50,500 nt of DNA from a bacterium (GCA_043779265.1 JAYWEM010000002.1:1-50500), one strand, 5' to 3'. Numbered from the stretch's first letter, positions 29,099 to 38,192 are shown. Made by a program: numbers and translations. The notes: generated by a model not told the origin, from the sequence alone.

Positions 29099-29971
29099 TC
29101 AACCTCGCTTGCGGCCGCTGCTTGCGGCGGAAACGGGCTTCAGGCGCTGGCAATGTGGGCAGAAGAAGGTGGCGCGGCCGGCTTGGACGAATCGTCGGAT
29201 GGGCTGGGCACAGATGCGGCAAGGCTCGCCGAGTCGGTCGTAGACGAGCAACTGCTCCCCGTACTCGCCCGGCTCGTTCCAGACCGAACGGAAAGTGGAG
29301 AACGTGGTCCCCATGCGATCGATGGAGTCCTGGAGGACGAGAAGCGTCTCGTGTGCGATTCGTTCCCACTCGGCCGGCCCGAGATCCCGGGCGAGTCGTC
29401 TCGGATCGATCGACGCGCGGAAGAGGATCTCGCTCACGTAGATGTTCCCGAGTCCGGCGATCCTGCTCTGATCGAGCAGGAACGACTTGATCGGCGTACG
29501 AGAGGCGCGACCCGAGTCGTGCAGTCGACTTCCGGTGACAGGCTGTGCGATCGGGTCCGGGCCGAGGCGTCGAAGCGAGGGGTCTCGTTCCAGCCCTCCC
29601 GCTGCGACCACTCGGAGCATGCCGAAGCGGCGAGGGTCCTGGTAGTCGAGTCGCGACCCATCTGAGAACGTGAGCCGCAGGTGCAGGTGCCCGAGTCCGC
29701 GATGGACATCGGGGCCTTCGGGCGATGCGAGCCACCGGCCACTCATCCCGAGGTGGGAGAGGAGCGTGCGGCCATCCTCGAAGTCGAGCAGGAGGAACTT
29801 GCCGACGCGCCTCGGCGATCCGAACGTCGCGCCGCGGAGCGCGCGCGGCAATCCGACGAGCGACTCGGTGCGCAGTGGGTGCTGCGACACGCGGGCTCGT
29901 GAGATGGTGCGGCCGCGGAGCACGGGGTCCAGCATCCTGCGCACGGTCTCGACTTCGGGCAGCTCGGGCAT
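29099..29971 (-). CDS. mutM: Formamidopyrimidine-DNA glycosylase / AP lyase
   Basis: MPELPEVE N-terminus at ATG 29971, RRVGK, HLGMSG, DPRRFG, GLGNIY, CRIC/CPHC zinc finger. Confidence 0.97.
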   Translation of the reverse strand: MPELPEVETVRRMLDPVLRGRTISRARVSQHPLRTESLVGLPRALRGATFGSPRRVGKFLLLDFEDGRTLLSHLGMSGRWLASPEGPDVHRGLGHLHLRLTFSDGSRLDYQDPRRFGMLRVVAAGGLERDPSLRRLGPDPIAQPVTGSRLHDSGRASRTPIKSFLLDQSRIAGLGNIYVSEILFRASIDPRRLARDLGPAEWERIAHETLLVLQDSIDRMGTTFSTFRSVWNEPGEYGEQLLVYDRLGEPCRICAQPIRRFVQAGRATFFCPHCQRLKPVSAASSGRKRG

Positions 29972-29978
29972 GGGAGGC

Positions 29979-30007
29979 AGCGTTCCCAGTCGTGCCTCCC
30001 GGGTCAA
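29979..30007 (-). promoter_or_regulatory. Putative leaderless promoter of mutM, overlapped by an 8-bp inverted repeat
   Basis: TTGACC, 17 bp, AACGCT, 7 nt, ATG; GGGAGGCA (29972-29979) / TGCCTCCC (29993-30000). Confidence 0.5.
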
Positions 30008-30014
30008 GCCGGCC

Positions 30015-30044
30015 TTGCCGCTCGCGCGAGCGCCGTGGCATTCT
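30015..30044 (+). promoter_or_regulatory. Putative promoter of the murQ operon
   Basis: TTGCCG, 18 bp, (TGG)CATTCT. Confidence 0.45.
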
Positions 30045-30082
30045 GAAGCCCACGCGCCGAACCCTCTCACCCACGGGACGAC

Positions 30083-31018
30083 ATGGACGATCGCGCCCGC
30101 TTCGAGGAATTCGCGCAGCTCGCGACTGAGCAGCGCAATCCACGCACGATGGACCTCGACACGCTCGGGGTCCCGGAGTTGTTGGCGCGCATCCACGCCG
30201 AGGACCGTACGGTCCCCGAGGCGGTGGGTCGCGAACTCCCCGCGATCGCGCAGGCCGTGGAGCTCGTCGTGCGATCGTTCCGGCACGGTGGCCGCCTGAT
30301 CTACGTCGGCGCCGGAACGAGTGGGCGACTCGGCGTGCTCGACTCCTCGGAGTGTCCGCCCACGTTCGGCTCCGACCCGGAGCAGGTCGTGGGGGTGATC
30401 GCGGGCGGCTACACCGCCGTCGTGCGCGCCGTCGAGGGAGCCGAGGATCGGCGCGACGAGGGTGAGAAGGCCATGGAGGATCTCCAGGTGGGCCCCGACG
30501 ACACGGTGGTGGGCATCGCGGCCAGCCGTCGAACCCCCTATGTCGTCGCGGCGATCGAGCGCGCGCGTTCACGAGGTGCCAGCACGGTCTACGTCACGTG
30601 CACCCCACGCGAGGAGTTCCAGCTCGCAGTCGATGTCGCGATCTGTCCCGTCGTCGGTCCCGAAGTGCTGATGGGTTCGACCCGGATGAAGGCCGGCACG
30701 GCCCAGAAGCTCGTGCTCAACATGATCAGCACCGCCGCCTTCCTGCGCACGGGCAAGGCCTACGAGAACATGATGGTGGACCTCCGGGCGACCAGTCAGA
30801 AGCTGGTGGAACGCAGCCGACGCACGGTGATGACCGTGACGGGGGTGGACTACGACACCGCCGGCCGTGCGATCGAAGCGGCGGACAAGAGCGTCAAGGT
30901 CGCCATCGTCATGTTGAAGTGTGATTGCTCGCGCGAGGAGGCCGAGCGACGGCTGGCCACGGCGGACGGGTTCGTCCGACGAGCGCTCACTTCGGAATCC
31001 GGAGGCATCGTCGGATGA
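30083..31018 (+). CDS. murQ: N-acetylmuramic acid 6-phosphate etherase
   Basis: TEQRNP, GAGTSGRLG, ECPPTF, GPEVLMGSTRMKAGTAQKLVLNM. Confidence 0.97.
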   Translation: MDDRARFEEFAQLATEQRNPRTMDLDTLGVPELLARIHAEDRTVPEAVGRELPAIAQAVELVVRSFRHGGRLIYVGAGTSGRLGVLDSSECPPTFGSDPEQVVGVIAGGYTAVVRAVEGAEDRRDEGEKAMEDLQVGPDDTVVGIAASRRTPYVVAAIERARSRGASTVYVTCTPREEFQLAVDVAICPVVGPEVLMGSTRMKAGTAQKLVLNMISTAAFLRTGKAYENMMVDLRATSQKLVERSRRTVMTVTGVDYDTAGRAIEAADKSVKVAIVMLKCDCSREEAERRLATADGFVRRALTSESGGIVG

Positions 31019-32232
31019 GACGATCGGTTGCACGGGCCCTCGCGCTCGCACTCCTTGCGACACTGGGCTCATGCGCCCCCAAGGCGAAGCCCGAAGTCGT
31101 CTTCTGGCAGTTCTGGCCACTCGACGTCATTCAGCCCATCGTGGATCGCTTCGAGGCCGAGAATCCCGGGATCGACGTGCGTGTCGAACAACTGACGTGG
31201 GACAGCGGCAAGGACAAGATCACCGCGGCCATCGCCGCCGGACGTCCACCGGATCTCTGCGAACTCGGCAGCACCTACATGCCGCGATTCCTCGAGGCCG
31301 GAGCGCTGTCGGACTGGAGCGCCGGCGTGGCCGATCTGCGCGACTCGCTTCGCGGCTGGGACATGTGCCGCATCGGCGATGCCATCTATGGAGTGCCATG
31401 GGTGCTCGGGACGCGCGCGCTCTTCTACAACAAGATGCTCTTCGCGCGAGCCGGTCTCGATTCCTCGAGAGGGCCGGAGACCTGGTCTGAGGTGCTCGAT
31501 GCAGCGGCGCGCATCCAGCGACTGAGTGGTGGTGTGCACGGCTATGGCGTCTCACTCAACGATCGTCAGAAGCTGTTCAAGAAGTTCATGCCTTACGCAT
31601 GGGGCAATGGCGGTGAAGTGCTGTCGCCCGGCCTCGACTCCTCACGTTTCGGAAGCACCGAGAATCTCGAGGCGCTGGAGTTCTATCTCTCGCTGCGCAA
31701 GCTCGGGATGACCGGATTGCAGGACGAGCTCGACAAGGAGTTCCGCGAGGGCCGACTCGGCATGCAGATCTCGGGTGCCTGGCTGCTCAAGCAGATTCCA
31801 CGCGATGCGCCCGCTCTGCGCTACGGAGTCGCGCTTGTGCCGCGCCCGGCGATGGACCGAGGCCAGCACGCTTCGTTCGCAGGTGGGGAGGTGCTCGTGT
31901 CATTCAAGGCGTCGGCCCGCAAGGAGGACGCGCTTCGCCTCGCGAGGTTCCTCGTCCGCTCCGAGAACGCACTCGCGCTCGCGATGAGCGCACAGAGCGT
32001 CCAGCCGGCGACCGTGGGCGCCGACACGTCGGCGTTCTACCGCGAGCATGGCGCTCAGGCGACGATGATCCGGCAGTTCGCCTCGGCTCGATTCACGCCC
32101 AATCATCCGCGATGGGATGAGATGGAGGAGGCGATCGAGGAGGAGATCGAGCAGGCACTGTTCGATCGCAAGACCGCGAAGCAGGCGATCGCGGACGCTC
32201 ACGGGCGCCTGACCGCGCTACTCGGACGCTAG
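31015..32232 (+). CDS. Carbohydrate ABC transporter substrate-binding lipoprotein (CUT1)
   Basis: ATG 31015; lipobox LGSC; FEAENPGIDV, AGRPPDL, YGVPW, LFYNK. Confidence 0.92.
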   Translation: MRRSVARALALALLATLGSCAPKAKPEVVFWQFWPLDVIQPIVDRFEAENPGIDVRVEQLTWDSGKDKITAAIAAGRPPDLCELGSTYMPRFLEAGALSDWSAGVADLRDSLRGWDMCRIGDAIYGVPWVLGTRALFYNKMLFARAGLDSSRGPETWSEVLDAAARIQRLSGGVHGYGVSLNDRQKLFKKFMPYAWGNGGEVLSPGLDSSRFGSTENLEALEFYLSLRKLGMTGLQDELDKEFREGRLGMQISGAWLLKQIPRDAPALRYGVALVPRPAMDRGQHASFAGGEVLVSFKASARKEDALRLARFLVRSENALALAMSAQSVQPATVGADTSAFYREHGAQATMIRQFASARFTPNHPRWDEMEEAIEEEIEQALFDRKTAKQAIADAHGRLTALLGR

Positions 32233-32239
32233 GCGGCGC

Positions 32240-33115
32240 GTGCGGACCCACTCTCGAGCGACTTCCTGGGGCCTCCTGTCGCCATGGGTGATCGCGTTCG
32301 GGTTGTTCGGAGTGTTCCCCTTCGGCTTCTCGCTGTTGGCTTCGTTCACCGACTACTCGCCCCTTCGCGGGAGTGAGTGGTCGTGGGTGGGGCTCGAGCA
32401 TTACGGGCGAGCACTCGCGGATCGCGAACTCTGGGGCGCTCTCCGCAACACCGCGTTCTTCGTCGTGGGCACGATCCCCTTCACGACCGCTGCGGCGCTC
32501 GGCCTCGCACTTGCGGTGCAGCCGGCTTTCCGCGGACGGACCCTGTTCCGCGTCGGGTTCTTCCTCCCCAGCGTCGTCTCCGTCGTGGTTCTCTCGCTGG
32601 TGTTCAAAGGGCTGTACGCGACGAACGGATCGCTGAACGCTGCGCTCGCGGCGTTCGGACTGCCGACGCCCGCCTGGCTTCAGGATCCGGCCACCGCGTT
32701 GTTGGCGATCATGGCGATGGATGTGTGGGCGGCGTGCGGCTACTACATGCTCATCTTCCTCGCGGGGCTCGAGTCGATTCCCGAGGAATTGCATGACGCC
32801 GCCAAACTGGATGGCGCCAGTGCCTGGACGCGATTCACTCACATCACGCTGCCGCTCCTGCGGCCGACGCTGCTGTTCGTGATCGTCGTCAACACGATCC
32901 GCAGCCTGCAGGTCTTCGCCGAGATCTTCGTGATGACACGCGGCGGGCCGCTCGGTTCGACGACGACCGTGGTTTTCCATCTGTACGAGCAGGCCTTCGG
33001 CCGCTTCGAGCTCGGCTACGCGAGCGCGATCGCCTGGCTGCTGTTCCTTCTCTCGATGGGTCTTGCGTGGGTCCAGATGCGACTGTTGGCCGAGCGCGAG
33101 GAGGGCGCGCGGTGA
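32240..33115 (+). CDS. Carbohydrate ABC transporter permease 1
   Basis: WVGLEHY, LAGLESIPEELHDAAKLDGA (EAA loop), MTRGGP, GYASA. Confidence 0.94.
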   Translation: MRTHSRATSWGLLSPWVIAFGLFGVFPFGFSLLASFTDYSPLRGSEWSWVGLEHYGRALADRELWGALRNTAFFVVGTIPFTTAAALGLALAVQPAFRGRTLFRVGFFLPSVVSVVVLSLVFKGLYATNGSLNAALAAFGLPTPAWLQDPATALLAIMAMDVWAACGYYMLIFLAGLESIPEELHDAAKLDGASAWTRFTHITLPLLRPTLLFVIVVNTIRSLQVFAEIFVMTRGGPLGSTTTVVFHLYEQAFGRFELGYASAIAWLLFLLSMGLAWVQMRLLAEREEGAR

Positions 33116-33963
33116 GTGCCGACGCGATCGATCCGGCCCATGCCCCGCCGCCGCCCTGGTCGAAGAGCATCCGACGATGGCTGTGGCTGACGCCGCTCCT
33201 CGCGACGATGTTGCTGCCGTTCGTGTGGATGGTGATGGTGTCCCTCGTCCCCCAGGCCGGCGACTCGCTGGCGCGCGCACTTCGGGGGCCGTGGGATCTC
33301 TCGCAATATCGCACCCTGTTCGCCTCGGCGGGTGTGAGTCGGTACCTGTTCAACAGCGCGGTCGTGGCGGTGGCGGTGGTCGCGCTCAACGTCACGACAG
33401 CGGCGATGGTGGGCTATGTGCTCGGACGTCGCCGCGTCCCCGGGGAGCGCTGGTGGACGCTCGGGATCGTCGCGACGCTGATGGTGCCCAAGCAGACGCT
33501 CATGATCCCGCTCTACCTGGTGCTTGCCCGATTCGGCTGGCTCGATACTTACGCCGCCCTCATCCTGCCGTTCGCAGTGGATGCGTTCAGTATCTTCCTG
33601 GTGCGTCAGTATGTGGCGCAGCTCCCGCTCGAGTTCGAGGAGGCGGCGCGAGTCGATGGTGCTTCCGACTGGCAGATCTTCCGCGAGATCGCGCTCCCGC
33701 TGCTGCGCCCGGTGCTGGCGGTCGTCGCCATCCAGTCCTTCCTCACGAACTGGAACTCGTTCCTCTTCCCGCTCGTGTTCATCGATTCGGACCGGATGCG
33801 AACACTCCCCGTGGGTCTGGCGCTCCTCTCGCAGACCGAGCACAGTGTGGATTGGGGGGTCCTGATGGCAGGTTCGACGATCGCATCGCTGCCGGTTCTC
33901 GCCGTGTTCATCCTCTTCCAGCGCCGCATCCTCGCCGGGATGATGGCAGGGAGCGGCAAGTGA
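33112..33963 (+). CDS. Carbohydrate ABC transporter permease 2
   Basis: GTG 33112; EEAARVDGA, WNSFLFPL, TLPVGL, FQRRI. Confidence 0.94.
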   Translation: MSADAIDPAHAPPPPWSKSIRRWLWLTPLLATMLLPFVWMVMVSLVPQAGDSLARALRGPWDLSQYRTLFASAGVSRYLFNSAVVAVAVVALNVTTAAMVGYVLGRRRVPGERWWTLGIVATLMVPKQTLMIPLYLVLARFGWLDTYAALILPFAVDAFSIFLVRQYVAQLPLEFEEAARVDGASDWQIFREIALPLLRPVLAVVAIQSFLTNWNSFLFPLVFIDSDRMRTLPVGLALLSQTEHSVDWGVLMAGSTIASLPVLAVFILFQRRILAGMMAGSGK

Positions 33964-35162
33964 GCGCCGTTGCTCGCGCCCCGAGGCCCGGTTCGCGCAT
34001 CGTCGGGCTGATGACCGGCACGAGCGCAGATGCCGTCGACGCGATCCTCGTCGACTTCCACGGCGCCGGGCTGGAGGCGACTCACGAGGTGATCGCCTAT
34101 CGCGAGACGCCGCTTCCCGACACCCTGCGTCGCGAGGTCCTCGAGCTGGCCGCCGCCGATCGCTGGGAGCCCGAGCGCATGATGCGTCTCGATGCCGACC
34201 TCGGTGAGTGCTACGCCGAGTCCGTTCGGGAACTCCTGAGCGGGGCATCGGTGGCACCGGGCAGTGTCGATGCGATCGGGATGCATGGCCAGACGTTGAG
34301 GCATCTGCCGAGGTCGAAGACGTCGTCGGGAGCGCTCACGTGGCAGGCGGGCTCGGCCCCGATCCTCGCGGAGCGAACGGGCCTGCGCGTGGTCTCCGAC
34401 TTCCGTCGCCGCGATGCCGCCGCGGGAGGGGAGGGAGCGCCGCTCGTGCCGATCGCGGACTGGTGGTGTTTCCGCTCCGACCGGCAATCGCGCGTGCTCT
34501 TGAACCTGGGTGGCATGGCCAACGTGACGCACCTGCCTGCCGGCGGAGGTCTCGATCTCGTGAGGGCATTCGACACAGGTCCGGGCAATGCCGTGCTCGA
34601 CGCGCTCATCTCGCTGTCGACTGCCGGACTGGCGCGCCACGACGATGGCGGCCGCATGGCGATGAACGGCCGGGTCCACGAGGGATTGTTGAGCGAACTC
34701 CTGTCGGACCCCTTCTTCATGATCGCGCCGCCGCGTTCGACCGGGCGCGAGCACTTCGGGGAGCCGTATGCGATCCACGTGCAGCGTATCGCCGAGGACC
34801 TGGGGCTCTCCATCGCGGACACGCTCGCGACTGCGACCGAGCTGACGGCGGCATCGGTCGTCGATGCGATCGAGCGATTCCTGAGGCCGCAGGGCGGAGT
34901 CGATGCGGTGTATGTGAGCGGCGGGGGCGTGCGGAACGCGTGCCTCATGCTGGCCCTCCGGCGCCGACTCGACGGCACGCCAATCGACCGGGTTGACGTG
35001 CTGGGGGTCGATGCGTCATCCAAGGAGGCTCTCGCCTTCGCTCTGCTCGCGCATCTGACGCTGGCTGGCGAAGCGGGGAACGTGCCGGGTGCGACCGGTG
35101 CACGGCGACGTGTCGTCTTGGGCACCGTCACACCCGGTGCGATCCAAGACCAAGGAGACTGA
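33960..35162 (+). CDS. anmK: Anhydro-N-acetylmuramic acid kinase
   Basis: GTG 33960; GLMTGTSADAVD, HGQT, DFRRRD..AGGEGAPL, NLGGMAN, FDTGPGN, STGRE, KEALAFA. Confidence 0.96.
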   Translation: MSAVARAPRPGSRIVGLMTGTSADAVDAILVDFHGAGLEATHEVIAYRETPLPDTLRREVLELAAADRWEPERMMRLDADLGECYAESVRELLSGASVAPGSVDAIGMHGQTLRHLPRSKTSSGALTWQAGSAPILAERTGLRVVSDFRRRDAAAGGEGAPLVPIADWWCFRSDRQSRVLLNLGGMANVTHLPAGGGLDLVRAFDTGPGNAVLDALISLSTAGLARHDDGGRMAMNGRVHEGLLSELLSDPFFMIAPPRSTGREHFGEPYAIHVQRIAEDLGLSIADTLATATELTAASVVDAIERFLRPQGGVDAVYVSGGGVRNACLMLALRRRLDGTPIDRVDVLGVDASSKEALAFALLAHLTLAGEAGNVPGATGARRRVVLGTVTPGAIQDQGD

Positions 35163-35163
35163 C

Positions 35164-36546
35164 TTGCGAGTATCGATCCCGATCGTCCTGCTGTTGGCCA
35201 GTCTCAGTGGCTCGTGTGCTCCTCGCCTGACACCCACTCCGTCGAGCGCTCCACCTCCGTCACTTCCGGCCGCCGATGCCCCCATCCTGACGCAGCCTCC
35301 GGCCGACGTGCCGCCTCCGCCTCCGCCCTCGTCCACGCCCCTCGTGCTCGAACGTGAGCCGGAGTTCGATATCGGGCTCGCGATCGACCAGGACAGCGTC
35401 CGACTCGAGCCCGCCGGGTCGGTCACCCTTCGTTGGCGTGCGCCGGGCGGCGGTGAAACCTCCGCACGCACAGCCGCTGCCATCGGGATCCGCGCGTCGG
35501 GCGCGCAGATCCTCGTCACTCCACTCGATCACTCCCGTGCCGTGCCGCTTGCGGTTCTCGAGGGATCCGACACGCTATGGGTGGGGGAGCCCGCGGACGC
35601 TCGGGGTGGAACGACGATGGGCTGGAACGGCAAGCGATGGCGGGGTCGCTTCAAGGTCTTCCTCTCGCCGCGAGGCAAGTTGACCGTGGCGACCCGTGTC
35701 GGGCTCGAGACGTACCTGCTCGGGGTCGTGCCCGCCGAGATCGGGGCTCTCTCGGATTCCCTGGTCGAGGCTGGCAGGGCCCAGGCGATCGCTGCGCGAA
35801 GTTACTCCCTCTTCTACCGCGGACGCCGTGCCGCGGAGGGGTTCGATCTCCACTCCTCGGTCGAGGATCAGGTCTACGGTCACGTCGGATTCGAACGGCC
35901 GCTGGCGACTCGGTGCGTCGAGAGCACAAGGGCCGAGGTCGCCCTCTCGGGCGGCCAGCCGATCCGGGCCAACTACAGTTCGACCTGCGGGGGCATCTCG
36001 GCCGAGGCTTGGGAGGCTTGGCCGACGGAGCCGAGGGACTATCTGCGGAGCCGCCGCGATGTCGGGGTCGGGCTGGGGGACCAATGCCGGAGTTCGAGTC
36101 ACCACCGCTGGCGAGAGGAGTGGTCGGCGAGCGAGTTCGCGGCGAATCTGGCCCGCTACGGCGCGGAGCAGGGCGTGCGGCTCCCTCCGAAGGGCGTGGG
36201 TGAGGTGCTCGACGTGCGGGTCGACTCGCGATCGCGCTCCGGGCGGGTCTGGCGACTCACCGTGACGACCAGCACCGGTGTGATAGTCGTCCATGCGCAC
36301 CGGCTTCGTCAGGTGTTGCGCCGAGGCGGGAATGCCTCGGCGATCCTGCGTTCCACTCTGATCAAGCTGGACACGAAGCGCGATCGTCTGGGCCGGGTCG
36401 TTGGGGTCGTTGTGAGTGGAGCCGGCAATGGGCATGGCGTCGGTCTCTGCCAGACGGGGGCGCTCGCGATGGCTCGCGGTGGAGCGGCGGGTGAGGCGAT
36501 CCTCGAGCACTATTACGCCGGGGTCCTCATCCAGGCGATGTACTGA
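35164..36546 (+). CDS. SpoIID/LytB-domain lipoprotein (lytic transglycosylase)
   Basis: TTG 35164 after AAGGAG; lipobox-like LSGSC, Pro-rich linker, YLLGVVPAE (catalytic Glu), AQAIAARSY, DQVY, GHGVGLCQ. Confidence 0.92.
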   Translation: MRVSIPIVLLLASLSGSCAPRLTPTPSSAPPPSLPAADAPILTQPPADVPPPPPPSSTPLVLEREPEFDIGLAIDQDSVRLEPAGSVTLRWRAPGGGETSARTAAAIGIRASGAQILVTPLDHSRAVPLAVLEGSDTLWVGEPADARGGTTMGWNGKRWRGRFKVFLSPRGKLTVATRVGLETYLLGVVPAEIGALSDSLVEAGRAQAIAARSYSLFYRGRRAAEGFDLHSSVEDQVYGHVGFERPLATRCVESTRAEVALSGGQPIRANYSSTCGGISAEAWEAWPTEPRDYLRSRRDVGVGLGDQCRSSSHHRWREEWSASEFAANLARYGAEQGVRLPPKGVGEVLDVRVDSRSRSGRVWRLTVTTSTGVIVVHAHRLRQVLRRGGNASAILRSTLIKLDTKRDRLGRVVGVVVSGAGNGHGVGLCQTGALAMARGGAAGEAILEHYYAGVLIQAMY

Positions 36547-36605
36547 CCGGGGGGCGCGATCGGCCCTGGCCGATCGGGTGCGAGCCGGTTCACCGCGGGT
36601 CGCTT

Positions 36606-36634
36606 TTGACACGGCTCCCAGCGCTGGCTATCTT
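36606..36634 (+). promoter_or_regulatory. Sigma-70 promoter of tRNA-Asp
   Basis: TTGACA, 17 bp, TATCTT, followed by a GC-rich discriminator. Confidence 0.75.
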
Positions 36635-36680
36635 GCCCCGGCTCTCGGCGCACCGGTTCACCGGGGTCTCGGGAGTGAGC

Positions 36681-36757
36681 GGGGTTGTAGTTCAGTTGGT
36701 TAGAACGCCTGCCTGTCACGCAGGAGGTCGCGGGTTCGAGTCCCGTCAACCCCGCCA
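36681..36757 (+). tRNA. tRNA-Asp (GTC)
   Basis: GGGGTTG/CAACCCC acceptor stem, CCTGC-CTGTCAC-GCAGG anticodon arm, GGTTCGAGTCC T-arm, encoded CCA; 77 nt. Confidence 0.98.
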
Positions 36758-36833
36758 TCCCCTTTTCCGGCCGCTCCGGCGGCTGTCGAGAGGCGGGGGC
36801 GGCCCCCAGCCGGTCCCACCCCGATTTCCGGGA

Positions 36834-36861
36834 TTGACCCGAAGCGGGCCGTGCCTATACT
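36834..36861 (+). promoter_or_regulatory. Sigma-70 promoter upstream of the acidic microprotein
   Basis: TTGACC, 16 bp, TATACT. Confidence 0.6.
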
Positions 36862-36987
36862 GCCGCTCGCAAATCGCTGTGCAGTGGCCCGCGGTCGACG
36901 CGGCGCCCGGTCGACGTGTCTCGCGTGCTTTCGTGCACGCTGAACTCCATGGACGCGATTCGCGTCCGGCACCGTTCCGAGGTGGAT

Positions 36988-37212
36988 ATGATCCGCAAGA
37001 AGGGCGAAGAAGACGATCTCAGCAAGTTCGGTGACGAGGACGAGGTCGAGGACTACGAGGAAGAGGATCTCGACGATGATCTCGACGACGAGGATGACCT
37101 CGACGACGAGTTCGACGACGAGGACTCGGAGTTCGACAGTGACTTCGAGAAGGATGACGACTTCGTCGAGGATGATGGCGATTTCGGGAATCTGGCGGAT
37201 CACGACGAGTGA
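36988..37212 (+). CDS. Small, extremely acidic protein (74 aa, 43 Asp/Glu)
   Basis: ATG 36988 after GAGGTG; GC3-biased GAC/GAG/TTC/CTC codons; own promoter upstream and hairpin downstream. Confidence 0.75.
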   Translation: MIRKKGEEDDLSKFGDEDEVEDYEEEDLDDDLDDEDDLDDEFDDEDSEFDSDFEKDDDFVEDDGDFGNLADHDE

Positions 37213-37232
37213 GTCCGCCGTGACGACGATCG

Positions 37233-37275
37233 AGGGCCCTGGCTGGTGACCCGGCCAGGGCCCTTCGCTCTCTCT
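37233..37275 (+). terminator. Terminator-like hairpin between the acidic ORF and agmatinase
   Basis: AGGGCCCTGGCTGG-TGAC-CCGGCCAGGGCCCT (14 bp, one G-U), then pyrimidine-rich TCGCTCTCTCT. Confidence 0.65.
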
Positions 37276-37295
37276 GGCGACTAAGGAGTTCCGCT

Positions 37296-38192
37296 GTGCG
37301 ACCTGACTATCCGACGGGCTTGGCCCACAACTTCGCAGGCCTCGAGGACGAGTACGCCTCGTTCGAATCGAGCCGAGTCGCTGTGCTTCCCGTGCCCTAC
37401 GACTTCAGCGTCTCGTATCAGAGCGGCACACGTTGGGGCCCGTCCGCGATCCTCACCGCCTCGCGCAACATGGAGGTGTGGGACGATGAACTCGGCGCCA
37501 CCTACCGTTGCGGGATCCACACGCTTCCCGAGTTGGAGCCCACATCGGAAGGGCCCGGCGAGCAAGTGCGGCGCGTCGAGCAAGCCGTCGACTGGGTGCT
37601 GTCGAAGGGCAAGCTCCCGGCCATGCTGGGCGGCGAGCACAGCATCTCGGCCGGAGCGGTTCGGGCGATTCTGAAGAATCATCCCAAGGCGAGCGTGCTG
37701 CAGATCGACGCGCACGCGGACATGCGCGATCGCTATCTCGATTCCCCGGACAGCCACGCCTGCGTGATGCGCCGGATCCGTGAGATCTGCCCCGCCGCCT
37801 CCGTCGGGATCCGCTCGCTGTCCGAAGAGGAGGCTGACCACCTGCGCGTGAACCCAGCCCCGGTGTGGAGCACGCGGCGCTTCCGAGCGCTGAAGGGTGA
37901 TTGGTCGTCGATCCTCGCGTCGCTCACCGACGAGGTCTTCATCACCTTCGACCTCGATGGTCTGGACCCTGCCTGCCTCCCCGGTACCGGGACTCCCGAG
38001 CCGGGCGGCCTGGATTGGTTCGAGGCCAGCGATTTGATCGGGGCTGTGGCTGACGCTAAGCGGATCGTCGGATTCGATGTCGTCGAGTTGGCACCGCTTC
38101 CCGGGAACGTCGCGTCCGACTTCCTCGCTGCTCGCATGACCTATCGGATGATCGGCCACATGATGCGCAGTCAGGGTTGGAGGCCGTCATGA
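37296..38192 (+). CDS. speB: Agmatinase (ureohydrolase family)
   Basis: TAAGGAG SD; GGEHS, DAHADMRD, SHAC, DLDGLDP..PGTGTPEPGG, DVVEL. Confidence 0.92.
   Translation: MRPDYPTGLAHNFAGLEDEYASFESSRVAVLPVPYDFSVSYQSGTRWGPSAILTASRNMEVWDDELGATYRCGIHTLPELEPTSEGPGEQVRRVEQAVDWVLSKGKLPAMLGGEHSISAGAVRAILKNHPKASVLQIDAHADMRDRYLDSPDSHACVMRRIREICPAASVGIRSLSEEEADHLRVNPAPVWSTRRFRALKGDWSSILASLTDEVFITFDLDGLDPACLPGTGTPEPGGLDWFEASDLIGAVADAKRIVGFDVVELAPLPGNVASDFLAARMTYRMIGHMMRSQGWRPS

Noticed and set aside
36681..36830. tRNA-Asp as an integration site for a genomic island
   Set aside because: No integrase, no duplicated tRNA 3' end noticed, and the flanking genes are housekeeping with similar composition.
36988..37212. 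GACGACGAG-type repeats as a non-coding microsatellite or tandem array
   Set aside because: The repeats stay in frame, vary at synonymous positions and are explained by Asp/Glu codons of an ORF with an SD.
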